From Tortispora ganteri (Eukaryota), in contig PPNB01000004.1 in the NCBI GenBank assembly GCA_003707115.1, forward strand, positions 1 through 64,000: DNA of 64,000 nucleotides, read 5' to 3'. Position 1 is the stretch's first letter; the number at the start of each line of letters is the position of its first letter. The position numbers were made by a program, and so were the translations under genes. Positions 55,849 through 64,000 of the stretch are shown here, piece by piece. Under the pieces are notes generated by a model that saw only the letters and a list, made by a program, of their open reading frames with translations, did no database searches and was not told the DNA's origin.

Positions 55849-57396
55849 ATGTCTTCTACATTCACAATAGGCCAAGCTATATATATAGCGATTAAGCCAG
55901 TGATTAAATTGATCTTTACATCGATAATGGGAGCTTTACTCGCACGCAAAAATATTCTAGATGCCGAATCATCAAGGAAACTATCTATAGTAATTATTAA
56001 TGTGATGTTACCGGGTCTCATCTTCTCAAAAATTGTCTTCTCGTTGAGCTCAGATCAGCCTGTTGTCCTTGGCGTTTTGATCCTCACTGCTGTTATTTAT
56101 CTAGCAGTCGGCTACGTATTTGCCCTGATAGTGTGGGTAACAACTTTGAATCCATATAACTGGAAACACGGTTTGCTTTGTAGTGGTATTTTTAACAACG
56201 TCGGCGACCTACCTATGGCGTACGTTCTCACGATCGGCAAAGGACCACCCTTCACTGATGGCGATACAGATCTTGGTCTTGCATATGCTACTATTCTCGC
56301 CTGCGTTACAATGATTGGTGTGATTAACCTTGGAGGTTCCAGACTCATCGCAAAAGATTTCAGGGATTATGACCCTTCTGTTACTGAAATAGATGAGCCG
56401 CTCCACTATCCCGCGGATAGCATTAAAGCGATTAGCAACACTGTCAGGTTAAGACGCAGAAAGAAACAACAGCAAAATCAGCAACAGAATCCCTTGGAAG
56501 GAGATGTGGAAAATGTGCCAAATGACTCACATGACATAAACAAAGACTGCTCAGAACCCAACTCCTATCCGCTAGCAAAAATACCCAGCGCGCCATTGGC
56601 ACCCATGTATTCTTTGACAAATATTAACACTGACACTATTTCCAGAACATTTTCTCACACATCAGCTACTGCAAGATCTGTAAGGTCAGGAAGATCAAGA
56701 GCTCTTAGCCAAGACTCCTCGGTCAGATCATACCGCGGGCGCGAATCTATTATCACATCCGATTCTGAAGACACGAACAATACACACCGAAATATCATTG
56801 TCAGAATATGGAATGACTCTATTTTGCCATTTATCAAAGGTCTTATGAATCCTCCCTCCATCACATTGATCATATCTATCATAATTGCCTTCGTTCCTCC
56901 CTTAAAAGCTCTTTTCGTGTCCACAAACTATAATATAGCACAAGCACCAGATGGTATGCCTGTATTGAACGTGTTTATCGATATAGGCGATTTCCTAGGA
57001 CGGGCAACCGTAACTTGTGGCATGCTTCTGTTAGGTGCAATGATCGGCCGTCTGAAATTTGCTAAGCTACCCCATGGTTTTTGGAAGAGCGTTGTTTTAA
57101 TGACAATCCTTAAACTGGTCGTACTACCTATTATAGGTATAGCATGGGCTGAATACCTGCAGTCAGATCTTGGATGGATACCGAAAGATAATCGAATGTT
57201 GCCCTTTGTTCTCATTATAACAGCAGGCGTGCCTAGTGCTACTACTCAAGTGTACTTCACAACATATTTCTCTCCGCCGGGTATCCATCCTATCGCTCTC
57301 GACTGTTTAGCTATCTATTTGCTCGTGCAATACATCTCATTGATTGTGACTTTACCAATAGTGGTAAGCTACACTCTTATGAACATAACAACTTGA
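55849..57396 (+). CDS. ECM3: Auxin efflux carrier family membrane transporter (Ecm3-like)
   Basis: IYIAIKPVIK, LPGLIFSKIV, FNNVGDLPMAYV, PPLKALFV...APDGMPVL, LKLVVLPIIG, PSATTQVYFT. Confidence 0.8.
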   Translation: MSSTFTIGQAIYIAIKPVIKLIFTSIMGALLARKNILDAESSRKLSIVIINVMLPGLIFSKIVFSLSSDQPVVLGVLILTAVIYLAVGYVFALIVWVTTLNPYNWKHGLLCSGIFNNVGDLPMAYVLTIGKGPPFTDGDTDLGLAYATILACVTMIGVINLGGSRLIAKDFRDYDPSVTEIDEPLHYPADSIKAISNTVRLRRRKKQQQNQQQNPLEGDVENVPNDSHDINKDCSEPNSYPLAKIPSAPLAPMYSLTNINTDTISRTFSHTSATARSVRSGRSRALSQDSSVRSYRGRESIITSDSEDTNNTHRNIIVRIWNDSILPFIKGLMNPPSITLIISIIIAFVPPLKALFVSTNYNIAQAPDGMPVLNVFIDIGDFLGRATVTCGMLLLGAMIGRLKFAKLPHGFWKSVVLMTILKLVVLPIIGIAWAEYLQSDLGWIPKDNRMLPFVLIITAGVPSATTQVYFTTYFSPPGIHPIALDCLAIYLLVQYISLIVTLPIVVSYTLMNITT

Positions 57397-57860
57397 ACTC
57401 TTCATCTGGCGCTAACGCTAGCATGCAAGCTTACCCCCAAACTTCTGAGTGCAATTGTGGGGTAAGTATCTACAGTTTTTGATCTTAGATTGATATTTTT
57501 AAGTTTGGTTTTGACAATAATTGACGTGCTCTAATCCGTTTTATGGCTCTAGCGGCGGCACTTTAATGCAATATATATCTATTTAGCACAAATTTGGACT
57601 GTAATAAAGTTTTGTATAAGACCCGTCAAACCTAAAATCCGGAGCGGCACTAAGGCTCAGTAAGTACATTAAATCATTAGCGCTTTTGCAGTAACAACAT
57701 GTCAGTTATAGTGAATTTATTTCACTTGTGATAATACACAACTGAATATAGTAGGAAGACTAAAACGAGAAACAGTTTGCGCAGTGTAAACGCGGAATAG
57801 CCGTATATGTAAGTTTAAGATCACCACATCAAGTTGGGTCTCCTTTTCCCCTTTCGACCT

Positions 57861-57898
57861 TGGAACCTTAAAATCTATGAAATGGTTTTAAGGTTCCA
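57861..57898. repeat. Perfect 13-bp inverted repeat with 12-nt spacer
   Basis: TGGAACCTTAAAA (57861-57873) and TTTTAAGGTTCCA (57886-57898). Confidence 0.85.
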
Positions 57899-59567
57899 CA
57901 AAATCCTCCCTAAAAAGACTCGGCCGCACCAAAGAGAACAAATTACTGGAGACTGACCACCTTTTAAGATTATCAATGTGAGCAGTTTCATATTATTCGG
58001 TGAAGATCACATGAAGTACGTTATTCAGCAAGACAATTTGGCGCTAGTGAAAGGCTTCTGATACTTTCATCACATGCGTTTCCAGAGTATATCTCGAAGT
58101 CGCGCGATCGCTATTAAGAAACAACGTAGCGCAATACCCAAACGGAGGCACAAACTATCTGTTAAAGCCAAGACACTTTATTGCTCCAATAATAACAGGC
58201 GGAATGGAACCGATCTACCCAGGGATAATATCAGTGGATTCAGCCTAGAACTGCGGAAGTCACATCGGAAACCTACCGAATATACAACAGTTACAGCTGA
58301 GCAGAGAGCGGGGTTCTGTGTAACTGCAATATAGTATTGAAAAAAAAAAAATCCAGAAGTGATTTCTGTCTTGTAGCGAAGCTTGCGAAGCTTGCGAAGT
58401 GTGTACTAATGCACGCCTTCAAGTGCTGATCGGTTTTGAGCGCCGTGTGGAGCACACGCAGGCGTGGGACCCTCTCTTTTACAGTAACAATCGGTTATGA
58501 AAGATAATATTTGTGCTAATATATCGTTTTGTGAATGCCATTCATTCCCCACAAATGTTGGAATTGACGGGAGCCATCGAAGGAGTCAAATTCCGATCGC
58601 ATGTATTGAGTGCTATCACATCTGGTCAAATCGCAATTGTTAGAAATACAAGATCATATTCAACTTAGTCTCGTTAACAAAGTATCCGCCTAATTAATCA
58701 CAAAAGTAACATAACTTCTCATGTGTCTTAACGGAATAGCAACATTGTACTGACATGATGCTTAACGAGACGGATCATCTATTCTAGCAGTAATGCACTA
58801 ATGAGGCTTCGTGCAACAAAACGTACCAGTTATGACTTATACTTTATTATTCAGATAGAAAGGAAGGTCAAGGGTTTAGATAACCCCGCAACCTAGTCAT
58901 AAATTGGCGCCATAAATTTTCAACCAATAATAGCCTTACATTAACAAGATTAAACTTCATTTGCCAACCAATAAAGATTATTAAAGCTATCTAGTGGGGG
59001 ATTGAGGAAGACTGTTTAGGCACCTTGCCTAAACCTATGTCAAGAGTTTCGTCAAATTTAACTTATTCTTTCTTATCCTTTTACCTGCATCTTTTTCCAT
59101 ATTACTTATATATAAAGCTTTTTCTACGGCCTCCTCCTGATTTGCATACCTTGGGTGATCCTGTATATTTGTAGAATTTGCTGTGCTCTCTTATTTTCAT
59201 TAATTGTGATAGAGCAACCCGTTTGTTTTCCCGCGATAGAAATCCCGTGATTTAGTACCTTCAGCTATCGACTTAGTGTTACACCTTTTTCTTTAGTGAA
59301 CCGGTCGTTCCGCCTAATTGTACACTTTATCTAGGTCAATAACGGTCTCACATATTGCAAGCTCGCAAAAGATTAAGAATTTTTGGTGATTTTTATTCTC
59401 TTATACCTCTGTTCGGTCTTGCCTTCCGTGCTCATATTTAAACTTAGTAATCTTACCTTCACGGCTCGCGAGTCCGGTCCCGATCAATATACCGACAGCA
59501 ACCATTGAGTGCCGCCACTGAAATAAAGAAGAAAACGCCATTAGTATTTTACTAAGCTATTTCGAAA

Positions 59568-61430
59568 ATGATATTCGATTCTATACCTTTTATTTTCTTC
59601 CCTTTAAGCTCTCTGAGTTTTTCTATGAACGACTTCCTAACCGCCTTACTAAGCATCGTGGTTCTCTGGGAGACGTTACATGCTATATTAAGGGTCTTTC
59701 AGTCCTATTCTAAACAGTTCAACTCTTCTGCCAAAACCTCGCTTTTTCCTGATCAGTGCTTTATAGATAGGAGACTGGAAGAAACTTCAGCTGGTTCTCC
59801 CGTTCCATGTGCTATATCTGCGCCGATGAGCTACTACATGGCACCTAACCAAGAAAGTGACAACATAACATGGTACCTTGACGAAACTAATAATCGTCCT
59901 AACTCTTACGAATTCAATCTGCCTGGTGGTATGCTTGTTTCTCCGCCAGCCCGGACTGATATTCAGGCTAATGTAAACAATCTAAACGCGAACCAACCTC
60001 AGCAAACCGCTTTCGAAGAATTAGCTGCTGCTCAGTTTCAGGAAAATCTCGCGTTAAATGAGCCGTCACATAATTTACCAACTAAGCAAGCTTGGAATAC
60101 CCGCCCCTTTGTTACAGCACCTCACTCTATTGCTCGAATGCAAATGTTACAAGCGCAAGGATTAGTCTTGCCTGACTCAGCAGTCTTGAATCAGGAATTT
60201 AATAAGCAGGTCACCAGGTTAGAAGATATAGATTCTTTGTCTGCGCTTGAGTTTATTCCTACTATGTTGGATAGCAATCCCGGTAGCTTATCTAATTCTG
60301 TATCTTCAGCTGAAGATACCGTGAAGCTACCATTTGACATTGCTTCAATGTCGCAAACGTCAGTTTCTAATATTTCCAGCGGCTACGGGGATAGCGATTT
60401 AGATATATATCTTAGTTCTGTGGGTGATGGAAAGTTTTTACCTTCGAACATGGACCTACACATGGCAGATCTCTCTGATTTGCCTTCAGAATTTCATTCC
60501 GACAAAACTTTTCCCATGAGTGGAGAGTTCACCCTGAAAGATAATGGCATTGCTGCTCCTCTGACCAATGCCAACATTCATATTCCACATTCACACGACC
60601 ATGTGACTGCAAGCGAATCGTCTTCGATGAACGATGGCTTCACCCCAATAGACAGTTCAAATGCTGCACTTTTTAATGCCAGTTTTGCCATAGGCAAGCC
60701 TATTTCTAAGCGCAATATAATTGTGGACAACATACTGTCTCCTTCTTCGCTCAATACCCAGTCTTCTCAGGAACATATTGCGCAGTCTTACACTCACTCC
60801 TACGGACCTCAAAGAAGCAATATCTCTCATGCATATAATGCTCCGAATTCCATTGTTGATTTGAGGCTATCTGCGGTTTCTAACAACAGTTTGTCTCCAG
60901 TTCAGTCTTCTCCATATAGCGACCAAGAGTCTGTTGTCAGTGGCCTCAGCCACTATTCTAACCACAGCATGGCGAGTGTCATGGGCTATGACCACTCTAA
61001 TGATGCCGTTCCTGAGAAAAAATTTAATGTAAAGACAGATGTTAGCTCTGGACAGACCCGAGTTTATTCTTGCCCTTATTGTCCTTCCACATTTAAGATT
61101 AAAGGATACTTGACTCGTCATTTGAAAAAGCATGCCGACATTATGGCCTACACTTGCCCATATTTTGATAAAACTTCAAACACGCCGTGTCATTCAACTG
61201 GAGGATTTTCCAGACGCGACACGTATAAGACGCATTTGAAATCGAGGCACTTTATCTATCCTATCAAGGCCAAACTCAAAGAACGCACTGATCTTCCAGG
61301 TAAGTGCGCCGGATGCCATATGGAGTTCCGCAATGCAAGTGAGTGGTTTGGTAGCCATGTTGATACGGGTTTGTGTTCTGCGCTGAAGATCACCCCTGAG
61401 CAAGGCAATGCTTCGAGAAGAAGAAAATGA
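59568..61430 (+). CDS. STP2: Stp1/Stp2-family C2H2 transcription factor (SPS amino-acid sensing effector)
   Basis: CPYCPSTFKIKGYLTRHLKKH, CHSTGGFSRRDTYKTHLKSRH, third finger GKCAGC...HVDTGLC. N-terminal regulatory motifs TSLFP...IDR and VPC. Start at 59568 or 59625. Confidence 0.88.
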   Translation: MIFDSIPFIFFPLSSLSFSMNDFLTALLSIVVLWETLHAILRVFQSYSKQFNSSAKTSLFPDQCFIDRRLEETSAGSPVPCAISAPMSYYMAPNQESDNITWYLDETNNRPNSYEFNLPGGMLVSPPARTDIQANVNNLNANQPQQTAFEELAAAQFQENLALNEPSHNLPTKQAWNTRPFVTAPHSIARMQMLQAQGLVLPDSAVLNQEFNKQVTRLEDIDSLSALEFIPTMLDSNPGSLSNSVSSAEDTVKLPFDIASMSQTSVSNISSGYGDSDLDIYLSSVGDGKFLPSNMDLHMADLSDLPSEFHSDKTFPMSGEFTLKDNGIAAPLTNANIHIPHSHDHVTASESSSMNDGFTPIDSSNAALFNASFAIGKPISKRNIIVDNILSPSSLNTQSSQEHIAQSYTHSYGPQRSNISHAYNAPNSIVDLRLSAVSNNSLSPVQSSPYSDQESVVSGLSHYSNHSMASVMGYDHSNDAVPEKKFNVKTDVSSGQTRVYSCPYCPSTFKIKGYLTRHLKKHADIMAYTCPYFDKTSNTPCHSTGGFSRRDTYKTHLKSRHFIYPIKAKLKERTDLPGKCAGCHMEFRNASEWFGSHVDTGLCSALKITPEQGNASRRRK

Positions 61431-61616
61431 CTATGAGGTGTCCAAATCCTGGACTGATATGAAATGTTTATGATTGATGAGTAGCTTGTACTGCACAGGT
61501 GAAAATGGTTGCAGTATGTGAATATGGTTTTTTATTTTTTTTGTTTGTTAGATAGTGTGTTTATTGAGTTGAATGTTATTTCTATATTGTAACGTATACA
61601 TGCAGCGTTGGCACTG

Positions 61617-62290
61617 TTATGGTGCCATTGATATTAGATTTTCATGCGCAGCAAGTAGCTCTTCTAGTTGCGTACATTGCTGTTCGTCTAAAGCGTTAAA
61701 CTGAAATAGATCAGAAGGCGATTCAGATATTGCTGCAATTGAAGCTTCTACGTCAGCTTTTGCAAGAGTTTCGAATTGGTCACGATCGATTGAGTACAAT
61801 GAATCAGGAGGTGTATTTAGAAGATCGGATTTGAATGATGCTTTGATATATTTGCATAATGTGTGAATATATATTCTTTTACTTGATTGAAGCCAATCAA
61901 TAGGATTTTCAATTGAGGGACCTGTTTGGTGTTTTTCTAGCAGCAGTGTCAGATCTAGATTGCCAGATGCGTTGATCAGAGGATGAGAAGGAATATGTGA
62001 CTTAAATCTGATAATAGGAGTCGCTGAATCAATACTTCCATAATCATCAGGTATTATTATTTGAAAATGAAATATCCCGCCCTTGTATGGACCTGAATGC
62101 ACAAATATGACTCCGTCTAGAAGGTACAGGTTATCAGGGTTAGCGATCACATATACACCGGATGGATTATGTGATCCCAGATTGGCTCTAGTTGTGCGTT
62201 AATAATATGAAAAATAATTATTTAATCATTATAATAAAATGTTACTTACAGTTCCACTCTTATTTCCTGCTCTATCAGAGGCCAAAACAT
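61617..62290 (-). CDS. AKTIP/FTS-like catalytically inactive ubiquitin-conjugating variant; exons 62250-62290 and 61617-62187, intron 62188-62249
   Basis: Spliced MFWPLIEQEIRVELANL...PSGVYV...GVIFVHSGPYKGGIFHF; HPLINASGNLDL has Asp where E2s have the catalytic Cys. 62-nt GTAAGT...TATTAAC...TAG intron. Confidence 0.75.
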
Positions 62291-62348
62291 AACTATAGCA
62301 GGAATAGGAGCGTTTCGATGTTTGTTGTTGACGAAGTTTATAAGTTTA

Positions 62349-63011
62349 TTATGATTGTGTATCAGGATCTGTCAGTTTCTTAATGACTTTAGCTGGGTTA
62401 CCGGCGACTACCGAAAACGGTTCAACATCTTTTGTTACAACTGATCCAGCACCAACGGTGCATCCATTGCCAATTCTAACACCAGGAACTATTACAGTGT
62501 TTCCTCCTATCCAACAGTCGTTGCCGATGAATACAGGTGCAGCGAACTCTATGCCCTTACGCCTCGATTCAATTTCAGTTTCGTGAGTGGCTGCATATAT
62601 TGCCACGTTGGGACCGCATAGAACTCGATCACCAATAAATACTAGGCCGCAATCTAATATAGTCAAGTTGAAATTCGCATAGAAATCATCACCTATGGAG
62701 ATGTTACAGCCATAGTCGACGTAAAATGGTGCTTCAACAAAAGCATTTGACCCAATATGTCCCAGCAGATCTTCGAGCATCTTTTGTCTAACCTGATTGA
62801 GAGAATCAGCAGAAGAGTCATCAGGGAAGTAATTGCTGAACTTGTGGGCTTTCATGTGTGCCAGGTGTCGTAAGCTCAACAGTTCCTTGTCGAACGCGTT
62901 GTAAGGCATACCAGATATCATCTTTTTGTATTCCAGTGAATCAGGGGTATTCCGTAATATTTTTGACATATCAATTAACTCATCATTTAATTTGTCTGCC
63001 ACACCAACCAT
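62349..63011 (-). CDS. Maltose/galactoside O-acetyltransferase (hexapeptide repeat, LbH)
   Basis: EYKKMISGMPY, EAPFYVDYGCNI.IG..FYANFNLTILDC, IGNDCWIGG, GAGSVVTKDV..VVAGNPAKVI. Confidence 0.92.
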   Translation of the reverse strand: MVGVADKLNDELIDMSKILRNTPDSLEYKKMISGMPYNAFDKELLSLRHLAHMKAHKFSNYFPDDSSADSLNQVRQKMLEDLLGHIGSNAFVEAPFYVDYGCNISIGDDFYANFNLTILDCGLVFIGDRVLCGPNVAIYAATHETEIESRRKGIEFAAPVFIGNDCWIGGNTVIVPGVRIGNGCTVGAGSVVTKDVEPFSVVAGNPAKVIKKLTDPDTQS

Positions 63012-63121
63012 TTGGATATGTGCGTAATATTCTATTAAATCTCCAGTGTGATATCGATGGGAGATTAGAGATTAGAGAGAACTGTATGGTGTGGTGGGGG
63101 CGGGAGAGGGGGTTTAAATGA

Positions 63122-64000
63122 TCACTGGAACCCCTGGGATAGGTTGATGAGCTCGCATTCAAATGTGTGAAGGTTCATAAGCACAAATTGTCCTGTATCC
63201 GCAAATGAAGGTATAGAGATCAACCTAGTGGTTTGTCCAGACTCCCCTGTCACCATTTTGGTCTCAAAGTGGTCCTGATTACCCACAAAATAGACATGAG
63301 GTGATTTCGATAGTAAGAAAGGATCTGCGTTTGTCATTGGAACCGCCCATAGCGTGTCTGGAGCTGATGGAGCACAATGTCGTAATTTCAGTGTTAGCTC
63401 CATCATATCTAAGGTGCCGATATCCAGTGATTTTGGACGGTATTTCTTCATATCGTCTATATTTTGGCCGCTTGTCCCTAAACACACGACCGAATCAATA
63501 TCCCACCAGTTTGGGTTTCCGACCATAGTCAAAGATTTATCGAATAGTTGCCGAGATTTTGCAAACAAAGCTTTGTGCAGTGGTTGTTGCGGCCATGACG
63601 TTATAGAAGGGTCATGTGCTCCGGGCATGACATCAACCGGGATGGAAGTAGCAAGTTCCGCGAGGAAATTGTCGAATGTTTCCATGGGATATATTTCATT
63701 ATTTCCAATTGTTATATTCTTGATGCCATCATATTCTATGCCCCCACTTGGAGGCATGGATACAGAATTGCCGGCGAATATAACGCGAGCAACAGTGGCG
63801 GCCAATTCGGAGTCTATAATGCTCATTAGGAACTGTCTTAAAAGGTCCACGTTCAAAGAATCAGAGTCCTGTATAGACAACCCTGAGACAAGAGCAATAC
63901 AATCTCTTGGACGCGCATGCGATATATTGAGAGCAGGTTGAGGAGCTAGGCCAGCGTAACATACATCTGCTATTTCGAACTTTCCTTGAGAGACTTCCGA
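63122..64000 (-). CDS. POL31: DNA polymerase delta small subunit, 3' part (truncated by window end)
   Basis: Frame open to 64000 (GKFEIADVCYAGLAPQ...IALVSGL), MPGAHDPS..WPQQPLH, GTSGQNIDD, RHCAPSAPDTLW, PHVYFVGNQ. Confidence 0.93.
   Translation of the reverse strand, partial: SEVSQGKFEIADVCYAGLAPQPALNISHARPRDCIALVSGLSIQDSDSLNVDLLRQFLMSIIDSELAATVARVIFAGNSVSMPPSGGIEYDGIKNITIGNNEIYPMETFDNFLAELATSIPVDVMPGAHDPSITSWPQQPLHKALFAKSRQLFDKSLTMVGNPNWWDIDSVVCLGTSGQNIDDMKKYRPKSLDIGTLDMMELTLKLRHCAPSAPDTLWAVPMTNADPFLLSKSPHVYFVGNQDHFETKMVTGESGQTTRLISIPSFADTGQFVLMNLHTFECELINLSQGFQ

Noticed and set aside
58074..58334. 86-aa basic ORF in the long intergenic gap
   Set aside because: No recognisable domain or codon bias; length compatible with chance.
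58560..58576. GGAATTGACGG matches a universal SSU rRNA motif
   Set aside because: Only about 11 nt; flanks do not resemble rRNA.

Overview
Gene-dense fungal (ascomycete yeast-like) chromosomal segment with about 34 protein-coding genes, one tRNA-Val(AAC) and one probable box C/D snoRNA. I found no transposon, CRISPR array or rRNA. Introns are short (55-68 nt; 116 nt in RPL19), near the 5' end, with GTAAGT donors, (T/A)ACTAAC-type branch points and a short branch-to-YAG distance. CUG appears to encode Leu (CTG at 21491 in the GAPDH NCLAP motif). Several genes are retained that S. cerevisiae lacks (ELL, Cwf18, AKTIP/FTS, MOSC), alongside budding-yeast-type genes (Chz1, Stp1/2, probable Spo77). 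This suggests an early-diverging Saccharomycotina yeast (inference). Order: RHO1 (partial), UFD2, R3H-SUZ protein, cwf18, ADE12, RPL42, SPT16, YPT31, CHZ1, CDC50, TSR2, MET17, NSA2, ERG4, GAPDH, HDA1, tRNA-Val, SPO77-like, SUB1, APSES TF, GCN1, snR4-like snoRNA, NIPA transporter, TTP/Cth zinc finger, ELL, RAX1, MOSC, RPL19, RAS, TEA/Tec1, YMD8-like, ECM3-like, STP2-like, AKTIP/FTS, sugar O-acetyltransferase, POL31 (partial). Most notable: (1) a snR4-type snoRNA with pseudoknot and guides flanking the 18S ac4C site; (2) an eL42 with a rewritten conserved segment; (3) Met17 ending in a peroxisomal signal (-ARL); (4) an RS/SP-rich, LBR-like N-terminus on Erg4; (5) a stop-free in-frame intron in GCN1; (6) a shared ribosomal-protein promoter motif; (7) a mirror G-tract/C-tract element upstream of RAS. 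Family assignments come from recognised motifs and recalled reference sequences; no searches were run. I cannot point to a clearly new multi-gene system.
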